Below, one piece after another: positions 1 through 10,002 of a stretch of 64,000 bases of DNA. The position numbers were made by a program, and so were the translations under genes. Every line of letters begins with the position of its first letter. Positions within the stretch are counted from its first letter, which is position 1. The notes below the pieces were generated by a model. The model was not told where the DNA came from. It saw nothing but the letters and a program-made list of their open reading frames with translations, and did no database searches. Origin of the DNA: an uncultured Cryomorphaceae bacterium (GTDB lineage Bacteria > Bacteroidota > Bacteroidia > Flavobacteriales > Schleiferiaceae); assembly GCA_964416385.1 (NCBI GenBank), contig CAYQDW010000005.1, positions 6,544 through 70,543 of the forward strand, given 5' to 3'.

Positions 1-2
1 AT

Positions 3-146
3 ATTGAGCCAATAAACCTTAAGGATTTTGATATTCCACTATATGATGGTTTGCCGGTTTGGGTAGATTACAAAGTTGCATCTAACGCGGCTAGCATTTG
101 TATGGTAGGCGAAATTGTGCGCATTAATTGCATTCGAGAGCGTTAA
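3..146 (+). CDS. 3' end of an unidentified CDS entering from the left edge
   Basis: Frame is open from base 3 to TAA at 144-146 (...ICMVGEIVRINCIRER*). Only 47 codons are visible and carry no recognisable motif. The stop overlaps the convergent pbpC stop. Confidence 0.25.
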   Translation: MEPINLKDFDIPLYDGLPVWVDYKVASNAASICMVGEIVRINCIRER

Positions 147-2440
147 TTAAACATTGTGAAATTCTGACGAAGTTCGTTACCGTCTTCATCTACCACATGC
201 AGCACGTATGCGCCTTTTTGAAGCATTACAGGTAAATCATGTACACCTGTTGTCTCTCCTAGAAAGATACCATTGGCGTGCCAATAAACTTTTTTTTCTG
301 GGTGATTATGCGCCAGCTTAAAAACAACCACACCTTTACTGCCATCTAATTGCTTTGTACGTACTAACTTTTGAAAGTTTGAAGGGTAAATAAGTTGCAT
401 TGGGTTTTGTTCATCATTACCACTACAGTAGGGCGCCAGCGGTGGCAGTGGCGCATAATTTGGATGCTTTTGTACATAATAATACGCACAGGCCGGTGGA
501 ATGTTAAACCAATTTACGCGCAAATCATCTGGTTTTGCACAAGACTTTTCTACGCTATATCTCCCATCAGGGGTTAGCATTTTTGCTTCATGATAATGAC
601 AGGTTTTCGCATTTTCTACACCATAGGCCACCCATTGCTGCTTTTGCTCCGTACAAAATCTCGTGGCTAATAAACCACTGGTTGCACAAACATAAACCTC
701 TTTTAAGTGATTGTATGGCGGTAAAAACGGTTCACCGGTTTCATTCAATGCATCAAAAATCTCAAACATAATAGGTGCTGCAGCCTCTGCACCTACTACA
801 CCTGGCCTACCCTCTCCGTCTGCATTACCAACCCAAACGCCAATGGTATATTTTGGCGTAACGCCAATAGCCCAAGCATCTCGGTAGCCATAACTGGTTC
901 CTGTTTTCCAAGAAATTTTATGTACATAGCCTTTCATGGTTGCATCTCCCGCAAAAGCATCATCATGCATCTTTAACGCAGATAAAGTTATAAATGCAGC
1001 ACCTGCATCGTAATCTGCTATGCTAGAAAGTGTATCAGACTGCAAGACGTGCAAACGCGAGGGTTTAATTTTTTGATTGGCGGCAAGTACGCGCTTACCC
1101 AATGTTAAATAAGCATTACAGGCATCCCAAAGGGTAACTTCTGCACCGCCAATTATTAAGCTTAGACCGTAATTATCTGCACCTCTGTTTACGGTTGAAA
1201 AGCCCAGACGTTGTAATTCAATTTTAAAGGCTGAAACGCCAAATTGTCTAAGCTCACGTACGGCAGGCACATTTAAGGAGCGGGCTAATGCCTCGCTAGC
1301 GGGCACTAAACCTTCATAAGAACGGGCATAATTTTCAGGATTAAATCCGGCTATAAATGTGGGGATGTCAACCACAAATTCATCGGGTAACAAAAGTCCT
1401 TTCTGTTGCATTGCACCATACAAAAACGGTTTTAAGATAGACCCAGAACTTCTTGAACTTTGGATTATATCTACATATTCGCCATGTTTAGCGCCTGCCT
1501 TAGTGTTACCATGATAGGCCAACACCTCACCAGTTTCTGTTTTTGCTACAATCAATGCCAAATTATGCACGCCATTTGCAGCCAATTGTTGGTGAAATCT
1601 CTGGAGTATACGCCCTGTTTGCGCCTGTACCGAAATGTCTATCGTAGTTTTACACTTCTGCCCGGTATGTGAAATCAAAAACTTTTCAGTTAAATGTGGC
1701 GCTAAATCTGGTAGCGGCAAAGTCTGTTCTGGAATAGATTCTTGCTTTGCTAGCTCATAATCTAAAGGTGAAAGTACCTCTTCACTAAAAAGTTTGTCTA
1801 ACAGGCGATTTCTTTTTTGGCGCAATATCAAACTGTTTTTACCGGGTCTTACCGTGCCTGGCGCATTGGGTAAAATGGCCAAAAGGGCGTATTCTGCATC
1901 GCTAAGCGCAAAAGGACTTCTTCCGAAATAACGCCATGATGCAGCCTCTAAACCAACAATATTTCCACCAAATGGGGCGTGTGCTGCATACATCAACAAA
2001 ATTTCTTTTTTACTGTAACGCATTTCTACCCTAATGGCGAGCAATATTTCTTTCAGCTTTTGCAAATAAGTTCTTGGCTGATTTTGCAAAGCCATGCGTA
2101 CCAACTGCATGGTTATGGTTGAACCACCTTGAATCACCTTTCTTGCCTTGATATTAGCTTTTAAGGCACGAAACATAGAAACTGGATTTATACCGATATG
2201 CGCGTAGAAATAGCCATCCTCAAAAGACAATAATGCTTTCTCATATAAAGGAGGTAATGAATCTGCCTGCGGAAATCGCCATTGGCCATCAGCAGCCACG
2301 CGGGCTCCCGTTACGATACCGTTGCAATCATAAGTGACTGTAGAATAAGGCACTGTGAAGAGTTGACCGGGTAAAAGTGCGTAAAAAGCAAGGAGCAGCG
2401 CAAAACTACTCCCCGCTAAAAAAGGACGATACCGTTTCAT
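143..2440 (-). CDS. pbpC: Penicillin-binding protein 1C (glycosyltransferase/transpeptidase)
   Basis: N-terminal membrane anchor, GT51 motifs (EDGYFYAHIGINP; GGSTITMQLVR), transpeptidase SxxK (GSILKPF) and a long C-terminal extension typical of PBP1C. Lies immediately downstream of an alpha-2-macroglobulin gene, as in E. coli yfhM-pbpC. ATG at 2440 is preferred; the track start at 2449 is GTG. Confidence 0.85.
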   Translation of the reverse strand: MKRYRPFLAGSSFALLLAFYALLPGQLFTVPYSTVTYDCNGIVTGARVAADGQWRFPQADSLPPLYEKALLSFEDGYFYAHIGINPVSMFRALKANIKARKVIQGGSTITMQLVRMALQNQPRTYLQKLKEILLAIRVEMRYSKKEILLMYAAHAPFGGNIVGLEAASWRYFGRSPFALSDAEYALLAILPNAPGTVRPGKNSLILRQKRNRLLDKLFSEEVLSPLDYELAKQESIPEQTLPLPDLAPHLTEKFLISHTGQKCKTTIDISVQAQTGRILQRFHQQLAANGVHNLALIVAKTETGEVLAYHGNTKAGAKHGEYVDIIQSSRSSGSILKPFLYGAMQQKGLLLPDEFVVDIPTFIAGFNPENYARSYEGLVPASEALARSLNVPAVRELRQFGVSAFKIELQRLGFSTVNRGADNYGLSLIIGGAEVTLWDACNAYLTLGKRVLAANQKIKPSRLHVLQSDTLSSIADYDAGAAFITLSALKMHDDAFAGDATMKGYVHKISWKTGTSYGYRDAWAIGVTPKYTIGVWVGNADGEGRPGVVGAEAAAPIMFEIFDALNETGEPFLPPYNHLKEVYVCATSGLLATRFCTEQKQQWVAYGVENAKTCHYHEAKMLTPDGRYSVEKSCAKPDDLRVNWFNIPPACAYYYVQKHPNYAPLPPLAPYCSGNDEQNPMQLIYPSNFQKLVRTKQLDGSKGVVVFKLAHNHPEKKVYWHANGIFLGETTGVHDLPVMLQKGAYVLHVVDEDGNELRQNFTMFN

Positions 2441-2450
2441 TCTTTTCACA

Positions 2451-5400
2451 CTAGGGCCGCACGGTTATCCATTGGCCAGCACTTCTACTAAAAATTTCAG
2501 GGTAATACATGGCTTCAATAACAGGGCCAGGCAAATAAAATGTTCCTACATATGCTGCGTTTAATTTCACCTCAAAAGTGCGAATGGCGTTTGATGAGGT
2601 TGCGAAATATGTATAAACGCGGTCATCGCGAATATCTCTGTAGGTATAACTAGATTCATATGACGCCCCCTCTGTACCTAATAATCTGGTATTGATGATT
2701 TCCCAACCGGATGGAAAAACCTGTGTTAGAGCCATATCATACAGCTTATAGCTATCAGCATTTGCCCTAATGGTAACCACTGCCTTAAAATCTGTTCCTT
2801 GCGTAAGATTGTTAACATCTATCGGATTGCCATCCAGGGATTTGTATTGTACACTTACGGTGAGCCCTGTTTGTGCGGGTGTTTCATCTCCGGGCATAGG
2901 CACACCTGTTTGTACCGTGCTAAAGTATAGTTCCGTATTGCCTTTATTTTCTATCGTAACTTCATTTACAGCGCCATCTATCTGCTGAGTAAATAGCTGC
3001 TTGGCCTGCTTTACCGTGCTTTTTGCACCATCTACGTCTACCTCAAAGTGCATTTGATCTGCCTCACGATTTTTCAAGAATTTATGCATCGCGAAGAGTG
3101 CAAGTGCTGTGCTTTGAGAAGAGTAAAGGGTTTTATCATTGAGCTGTGAGGCCAATAATCGCGCTTGCTCAAAAGCTTTTGTATCATCTTTTAGTAATAT
3201 AAAAGCTTCAAGATACATGCTACTGGCACGCATTGCATTGCCAAACGTAGGATCATAAACCCCACTGCTATGTGATATATGCTCTGTTTGCATTAACGCC
3301 TTTGCTACAGCCGTTTGTCCTGCCAAGATATAGGCCATTGCCAGCCTCCATGCAGCTTCTTTATACATTGGTGTATTTCTTAATCTATTCATTGCACCCA
3401 GATTGGCATCACCGCTTAAAGCGAGAACGTACAAACGATAAGCTTGCTGGTTTGAACTGTAATGTGCATTGCTAGATGTGGTTGGTTGCCATGTATTAAC
3501 ACTGTTTTTTAGGTACTTTAAGGCGCCTTCTAACATTCCAGATGGCACTGCAAATCCATTGTCTTTGGCCTCAATCATAAAATGTGTTGCATAGGTACTT
3601 GCCCATTCATGCGGTTGACTGGCGGATGACCAGAGACTAAAGCCGCCATTGGGCAACTGGTGATTTTGGAGCTTTGACAAAGCATAAATCACATTTTCTT
3701 TGGCTTCTTTTTGTTGCTTTACATTGAGTTGGTAAAGGCTGGATAAGAATAATTGCGGAAAAGCTTTAGATACTGTTTGTTCTATACACCCGTGTGGGTA
3801 GCCTAACAAGTAAGCAACGGCATTAGATAGATTTAGATTGGGGATTCCAGAGGCTTCTAGGGTAACCGCATTGGTACCTGCCATACCAAAGTCATCAAGT
3901 AAAAAAGTATGTTTTTGTCCGGCCGGAACCACCACAGCTTTTTTACGTGATTCTAAGGTATTTGGATTGCGTACATCTATTGATACTTGATAAGTGGCTT
4001 TTTCATTACCAGATGTTACGGTAACATCAACAATTCCTTTTCCTGGTTGATCTGCTACCTGCAATTCAAAAAATGTGATTTGATCACCAATACTGTTAAA
4101 CGTTAAGGTCTTTTCTGCACGTAATGATTTTAAGCGTGCATTAGACTTAACAGAAACCTTTACTTGCTTTACATGATCTTTCATGGCAAAAACCTGTACC
4201 GGCAAACGCAATTTTTCATTTGGGCCTACCACACGGGGTAGTGTTGCCAAAACCATAAGCGGTTTTCTAACAGGCACAGCCTGCTCTGCATTACCATAGC
4301 TCTTGCCTTCTTTAGCCACAACCATTACACGCACAGAACCAATATAATTCGGCATCGTAAAAGTGTGTGATGACGTTTCACCGGCTTTTAAAGTAAATGG
4401 CCCCATAACCTTAACTACAGGCATGAATCTATTTAATCGCTTTTTTCCAGAAGGATCAAACTCTTGGTCGCCACCAATAGCAAAATTCTTTTGCACAACT
4501 CCGCCAAATGCGCCAATAACATCGTCAAACAAATCCCAGGTTTTAACACCCAATGCTTCTCTTGCATAAAAGTACTGCCACGGATTAGGTGTTTTAAAAC
4601 GTGTGATATCAAGTAGGCCTTCATCAACAACAGCGATGGTATAAGTCATAGACTTACCGTTTGTTTCGCTTACTTTAATCACAGCTTTTTCTTCTGGCGC
4701 CCACTCTTCTGGAAGCGTTAATGTGGGCAGTAATTTTGTTTTTTCATTGTTGACGTTTATCGGAATGACCCCATAGAGCCGAATAGGTAAATCATTAACC
4801 GATTGGGCATGCGGCTGTATATAAGAAACAAAAGCATAAACGGTGGGCGTCATTTCTTCGGTTATTGGGATGCTTACTTCGGTTTGACCTTTTTTGGCAT
4901 CTACCCAGAAATGTTCAAGCACTTCTGCTCCAGTTTCTAAAGATATTAGCAAACGACCTTCCTCTCCTGTTGGCACCAATAGTTTGGCTACATCGCCACT
5001 AGAATATGATTCTTTATCAGCACTAAAGGTGAGCATACTAGGTGCGCCTGGGTTTGCGCGCTGGCTGCGATTGCGACTCGCTGGCCAATCAATATACACT
5101 ACTTGAGAAGCACAATGTCCGCTAACTTCATCGCAAACGCGCACCAAAAAGTTACCCCAATTGGGATAATCCACCTTGAAATTAAACGTACCTAGACCAT
5201 TTTTTGTGGTTATTTTTTCCTCATAAATTTTTCTCGCATAGCTACTTGTCAGGTAATTTCCCATGTCATTTCGGCCACTACTCCACCACCAACTCCAATC
5301 TATGTCATACACCTGCACACTTACAGCTCTACCCATTTTTTTACCTTCTGGAGACAGCGAAGCAACCTCTACGGTAATGGGTTGATCTGTAACCAACCAG

Positions 5401-7982
5401 GGCGTGGTATTTGGTTTTAAAACATTTAGTCCCACAAAAGAGGAGTATGGCGCAAAATTCACCGCCATTCGGTCAAAACTAGCGTCACCGCCCGGTTCAA
5501 AAACCCTTGATACAAATACAGCCTCAAGCATACCCGGAACTTGCCTGTAGGTACCAAGTGTTATGGTTGGTTCAGCATCTCCATTGCTTGAGAGCACACC
5601 TTCAAACACCTTCGTTTCGCTGGTATAAAAAGACCGTGTGATATCATTAAAACTAAATTTATCGTACCCCGTAAATGGCTTCTTTTTTTGACGCATCTGC
5701 AAGGTCATATCGGCTTTCATGTTGCTAGCCTTAGCCCCAGTTAACCAATTAGCACTGAGTTTTGCTTTCTCTTCTATATTGGTAAGTACCTCTGCATTAA
5801 AGTCTACATTAATTTTTAACCGATTGGGCTTTATGGTTTCAATGCGCAGCGTTTTATAGAATTGTACGCCACCAACGCGAACTGTAGCTGTATAAAACCC
5901 AGTTGGTGCATTTTGGGCAGTAACAAACGGAAACGAATAAATATGTTCTACATGCTCGCGCTGCACTTGTCTTACAACGAGTTTCCCTTCAGGATTACGA
6001 ACCTCAAAAATTACCGGGTGATTTTGCGGTAAATTTCCAGATTCATCTTGTAGCATAAATTTGGTATGAACGGTATCTCCAGGACGCCATACGCCTCTTT
6101 CAGCATAAACAAAGCCTTTTAATCCCTTTTTTACAGCCTCCCCAGAAATATCAAAATTAGAAAGCGACAAAGCGGAGCCATCATCTACACGCAAATAAGC
6201 ATATTGATTATTGTAAGCTGCCACGGCTAAAAAGGGTTTACCCTTTAAGTCTACAACTACAGAACCATCTGCACTGGTTTGCCCTGTACCTATAGGCTGA
6301 TTTTGATAATTATAAAAGGTTACTGTGGCACCACTAACTGATGTTGCATCCTTAATGTCTGTAACAAAGGCGTAAAAATTGCCTTGATCACTACCTTTAA
6401 CGGTAAGCGCAATGTTAGACGCTAGAATATTTCTACTAACGCTACCGCGAGCATAATAATAGGCGCTATTACATGGGTTGTCTCGCTCTCGGTAATCATA
6501 GTTATCATAGTAGTCGTCCTCATAATATTCATCCCAGTAATAGTTATCTGGGTTGTCATATGCTTTTGTATTTAGCTCATCTTCATCTATACTAATGGTA
6601 TTTTCTTCCACCTGCGCGACTTGCCCATCGCAACTGTAAAGCGAATATGCCTGCTTGAATTTTATTTCTACACGATAGATTGCTCCTGGTTCTACCTTGA
6701 CCAATTTTTTAAGATCTAGGCTAAATGTATTCCACATTTTAAGATTTACGCCCGCCTTAGTTAGGATTAACTTTTTGTAGGCTATAGGTCTGCCAACACG
6801 TTTTAGCTGATACTCGCCCTCTAATTGATTAACCTGTAAAAACTGCGGTACGTTTGAACTAAATATTTTTAAAACATAAACGTCAACCGCATTTAAATTA
6901 ACGGCTTTAAAAGGAAAGGTAAGACCATCACTCTGAGGTAATATGGTACCAGATCCAATAAGCTCTACGGCTGGTTTTACATCTTCAAAATTTAGTGTGG
7001 TTTCAAAAGTGTTGGATAAAGCATATCCGGCAATATTCTTTATGCCAGGATAGATGTTTAAAATATGTTCTCCAAAAATCGCTTTTGGCAACAAGACTTG
7101 AACCTCGGTGTTACTGATGCTATACTGCGGATTTGGCGCGCCATCAATGGTAATTAGTCCGTTTAAATTTTGATTTTCATCTAACGGATCAGAAAAATTA
7201 ATGTGTAATACCTGCTCTGGCAGAAGCTCGAGCTGTACGCCCATTACTTTAAAATCACCCAATGCTGGTATTTCTAAAACCTCTTGCTCTTTGGTATGGG
7301 TAACCAGATCATTCCAATTAAATGTAACCACTCCTGCTTCTTCACCACGTATTATGCTATCTATGCTAAAAGAATGATCTTTTCTGCCTACAGTCTGCCG
7401 CCATTTTATAGAAAGCTTTCGATTATTTTGTGTAGCCTGAAGTAATGTAGATACTTCATCCAAATCTGCAACATCGCTAGAGGTTAGCTCTCCTTCTATT
7501 CTATACCAGTTTAAATCTTTTGTTGAATACGTTTTTAATTGCGTAGAAACCGGCATAAAGTTTTGACTGATAATATTAAAGTCAAATACAAATGATTTTA
7601 GCTCTTTTGGTACATCATCAAAAAGATATGATAAATCTAATGCCGCTTGGTATGCCTGGCCAGCTGCAAAAACATCTTCTGGCGTATAGAGCAATGTGCG
7701 GTTATCTAGCCAACGCAGACTACCCTTAACTTTTGGCGTAAGAGCTAATACATCGGCTGTAATCTCTTGATTAATTGCGCTGAATTTATCGCTAGGTTTT
7801 GCTAGTACGATACGAATTTGTGCTTCTTTTGAAATTACCCCTGCGGTATATGCACTTATATAATTTACAAAGTCTGCACTTTTTGAGCTGTCTTGTTTTT
7901 TGCTTGTGCAGCCCATGAGTATGATTAACGCAAAAATAAATGCCACAGCAGAGCGGCCTTTTAGGGGAAAGATAAACTTCAT
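2451..7982 (-). CDS. Bacterial alpha-2-macroglobulin family lipoprotein (YfhM/ECAM-like) with intact thioester motif
   Basis: 1843 codons. Lipoprotein-type signal (ALIILMGC). Thioester CxEQ motif GYPHGCIEQTVS (CIEQ = nt 3777-3788, minus strand). Size and pbpC partnership match bacterial A2M. Confidence 0.9.
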   Translation of the reverse strand: MKFIFPLKGRSAVAFIFALIILMGCTSKKQDSSKSADFVNYISAYTAGVISKEAQIRIVLAKPSDKFSAINQEITADVLALTPKVKGSLRWLDNRTLLYTPEDVFAAGQAYQAALDLSYLFDDVPKELKSFVFDFNIISQNFMPVSTQLKTYSTKDLNWYRIEGELTSSDVADLDEVSTLLQATQNNRKLSIKWRQTVGRKDHSFSIDSIIRGEEAGVVTFNWNDLVTHTKEQEVLEIPALGDFKVMGVQLELLPEQVLHINFSDPLDENQNLNGLITIDGAPNPQYSISNTEVQVLLPKAIFGEHILNIYPGIKNIAGYALSNTFETTLNFEDVKPAVELIGSGTILPQSDGLTFPFKAVNLNAVDVYVLKIFSSNVPQFLQVNQLEGEYQLKRVGRPIAYKKLILTKAGVNLKMWNTFSLDLKKLVKVEPGAIYRVEIKFKQAYSLYSCDGQVAQVEENTISIDEDELNTKAYDNPDNYYWDEYYEDDYYDNYDYRERDNPCNSAYYYARGSVSRNILASNIALTVKGSDQGNFYAFVTDIKDATSVSGATVTFYNYQNQPIGTGQTSADGSVVVDLKGKPFLAVAAYNNQYAYLRVDDGSALSLSNFDISGEAVKKGLKGFVYAERGVWRPGDTVHTKFMLQDESGNLPQNHPVIFEVRNPEGKLVVRQVQREHVEHIYSFPFVTAQNAPTGFYTATVRVGGVQFYKTLRIETIKPNRLKINVDFNAEVLTNIEEKAKLSANWLTGAKASNMKADMTLQMRQKKKPFTGYDKFSFNDITRSFYTSETKVFEGVLSSNGDAEPTITLGTYRQVPGMLEAVFVSRVFEPGGDASFDRMAVNFAPYSSFVGLNVLKPNTTPWLVTDQPITVEVASLSPEGKKMGRAVSVQVYDIDWSWWWSSGRNDMGNYLTSSYARKIYEEKITTKNGLGTFNFKVDYPNWGNFLVRVCDEVSGHCASQVVYIDWPASRNRSQRANPGAPSMLTFSADKESYSSGDVAKLLVPTGEEGRLLISLETGAEVLEHFWVDAKKGQTEVSIPITEEMTPTVYAFVSYIQPHAQSVNDLPIRLYGVIPINVNNEKTKLLPTLTLPEEWAPEEKAVIKVSETNGKSMTYTIAVVDEGLLDITRFKTPNPWQYFYAREALGVKTWDLFDDVIGAFGGVVQKNFAIGGDQEFDPSGKKRLNRFMPVVKVMGPFTLKAGETSSHTFTMPNYIGSVRVMVVAKEGKSYGNAEQAVPVRKPLMVLATLPRVVGPNEKLRLPVQVFAMKDHVKQVKVSVKSNARLKSLRAEKTLTFNSIGDQITFFELQVADQPGKGIVDVTVTSGNEKATYQVSIDVRNPNTLESRKKAVVVPAGQKHTFLLDDFGMAGTNAVTLEASGIPNLNLSNAVAYLLGYPHGCIEQTVSKAFPQLFLSSLYQLNVKQQKEAKENVIYALSKLQNHQLPNGGFSLWSSASQPHEWASTYATHFMIEAKDNGFAVPSGMLEGALKYLKNSVNTWQPTTSSNAHYSSNQQAYRLYVLALSGDANLGAMNRLRNTPMYKEAAWRLAMAYILAGQTAVAKALMQTEHISHSSGVYDPTFGNAMRASSMYLEAFILLKDDTKAFEQARLLASQLNDKTLYSSQSTALALFAMHKFLKNREADQMHFEVDVDGAKSTVKQAKQLFTQQIDGAVNEVTIENKGNTELYFSTVQTGVPMPGDETPAQTGLTVSVQYKSLDGNPIDVNNLTQGTDFKAVVTIRANADSYKLYDMALTQVFPSGWEIINTRLLGTEGASYESSYTYRDIRDDRVYTYFATSSNAIRTFEVKLNAAYVGTFYLPGPVIEAMYYPEIFSRSAGQWITVRP

Positions 7983-8082
7983 AATTGATAAAATAAATTG
8001 CAGACTTAGGAAAAACCGAAAGAAATACTTGCGGCTTAAAGGTAGCTACTATTAAAAAACAATGTACGATAAAGTCGCACTT

Positions 8083-10002
8083 TTATTGTGTGCGTTCTTG
8101 AATTGTATAGTTTTTTACGCCTAGATAAAATGTAAAAGTATTTACAGGGCCATTTTCATTTTCTCTCATAAAATAAAAGCCTTTATGTAATCCTTGCACG
8201 CTTGGCCACTTATCAAGATCTGGAAGCCCCCCATTTAATGCAATTAGCTGTGCAAAGTAAAGACCAGTATCATAACCATAATAGGCAAAGCGCGTTGGCT
8301 CAGTACCTGTAAGTGCGCGATATGAAGCAATAAATAACTGGGTAGTTGTATCTTCTACATTAAGGTAATCTACATGCGTTGCAATAAAATTTAGCGCATT
8401 TAGATATTTATTTTCTAGCGCAGGGATATCAAAAATCTTAGAGGTAGATAATAGAGACAAACTTGAATCTCTACGCTTATTCAGTTTACGAAGCAAGTCA
8501 CTTAAAAAGGCGGAATTTTGATCTACTACAACCAACGTAGTTGTTGTATCAGGATTTATATAATCATCTAGCTTATTGAGTTGACCAAAGGACTTGTCTA
8601 CCCATATATATTTTATCTGCGTGCTATCTTTAGTGTTAATGTTCTCTTTAATAAGCGCCACAGGTTTATGGTTAAGTACAGTATCTGTATTTAAAAAAAC
8701 AATGGCACGACTATTTTTTTGAGCGTTAATCCAACGCGCCATAGCACGGTACTCGGCATCAAGATTGTTTACGCCATCTACCAAATTAGGCAACCCAGCA
8801 TTATTTATGGCCTTGCTTAAAGGAGAAACAATTGTCTTTTCAGGTAGTAATCGGGCTAATCTTTCAGCATTTTTTGCATATAACGGACCAATAACTAAGG
8901 ATGTGTTTGGATGAATTTCTTTGGCGATTTGATCAATTCTTTCGCTGTTATTTTCAGTATCAAAAACATCAAGTTGAATGTTAATACCATGTTTTGATAG
9001 TGTATCCATAGCGATTCGGATACCAGATAAAAACTGCAGCGCTATTTTACTTTTTTCATAAATATTTTCTGTTTGATTGTTCTCTGCGCTCAAAGAATCG
9101 TTGATCTCAAGGTACAAAGGCAGAAGCACCGCAATATGTACCTTGGCAAATCCAGAAGTATCATTGGTAGCCCAGAAAAGATCACTTGACTTAACCCGAG
9201 CCCTATGCTTCTGCTTTGATTTTTGCTTTATTGGCACCACAATGTACTTCCCCACTTTTAAGCCATCAACAACTTCTGGGTTTAGACTTAACAATTCTTC
9301 TTGTGTACAATTAAAGCGCCTCGCTATTGAACTAAGGGTGCTACCAGACTCAACGCGATATAAATCAAACATTTTTTTATTAGAAGAAGCTACGGGTGGC
9401 GGGCTGGCCTTTTTGGGTGTTTGCGTTATATCATTTTTAGGCAGTTTTATGGTTTGCCCTATTTGTAAGCCGTTTTCTTTTACCGTGGGATTTAAAGCAA
9501 GAAAAGTTTCTTCAGAAATACCTGCGGCACGGCATATTGAGTAAACCGTTTCTTTGGGTTCTACGATTTGGTAGGTATATGCGCTCGAGTCTTCGGTAAT
9601 ATTGTTTTGAGGAGCATTGGCTGATGGAATTTTGATAACCATATCCACTTTAAGCCCATCAACCAATTCTGGATTTAAGGCGATTAAATCAGCCTCAGAA
9701 CAGCCATAGGTTTTACATAAACCATAAATTGTTTCTTGTGGCTTAACGGTATGTGTGAGAACCTTTGCGTTTACCGCAGGCGCTGCTTGTATTGGAATAA
9801 TGAGGATGGCACCTTCGCGTAAGCCAGTAGCAATATCCGGGTTGTATTTAACCAATGTTTCTGGCGAAATGCTGTACTGCTTGGCGATGCTGTAAACGGT
9901 TTCTCCCGCCAAAACAGTATGCCGGTTATACGCCTCTTGACCCATCAAGTGCATTGATGATAAAACAATAAAAACGCTACATAAGAAATGCTTTATTCCC
10001 AT
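8083..10002 (-). CDS. Secreted protein with four LysM repeats fused to a periplasmic-binding-protein (type 1)-like domain
   Basis: Signal peptide, then four ~45-aa LysM units ([16 protein letters not shown]..., [16 protein letters not shown]..., [17 protein letters not shown]..., [16 protein letters not shown]...). These are followed by a ~400-aa domain resembling Leu/Ile/Val-type binding proteins. The start overlaps the guaA stop by 10 nt. Confidence 0.8.
   Translation of the reverse strand: MGIKHFLCSVFIVLSSMHLMGQEAYNRHTVLAGETVYSIAKQYSISPETLVKYNPDIATGLREGAILIIPIQAAPAVNAKVLTHTVKPQETIYGLCKTYGCSEADLIALNPELVDGLKVDMVIKIPSANAPQNNITEDSSAYTYQIVEPKETVYSICRAAGISEETFLALNPTVKENGLQIGQTIKLPKNDITQTPKKASPPPVASSNKKMFDLYRVESGSTLSSIARRFNCTQEELLSLNPEVVDGLKVGKYIVVPIKQKSKQKHRARVKSSDLFWATNDTSGFAKVHIAVLLPLYLEINDSLSAENNQTENIYEKSKIALQFLSGIRIAMDTLSKHGINIQLDVFDTENNSERIDQIAKEIHPNTSLVIGPLYAKNAERLARLLPEKTIVSPLSKAINNAGLPNLVDGVNNLDAEYRAMARWINAQKNSRAIVFLNTDTVLNHKPVALIKENINTKDSTQIKYIWVDKSFGQLNKLDDYINPDTTTTLVVVDQNSAFLSDLLRKLNKRRDSSLSLLSTSKIFDIPALENKYLNALNFIATHVDYLNVEDTTTQLFIASYRALTGTEPTRFAYYGYDTGLYFAQLIALNGGLPDLDKWPSVQGLHKGFYFMRENENGPVNTFTFYLGVKNYTIQERTQ

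Noticed and set aside
9077-9544. 155-aa plus-strand ORF antisense to the LysM gene
   Set aside because: It lies entirely inside a well-supported minus-strand CDS, has low-complexity, Cys/Phe/Ser-rich composition and no motif. It is a typical shadow ORF.
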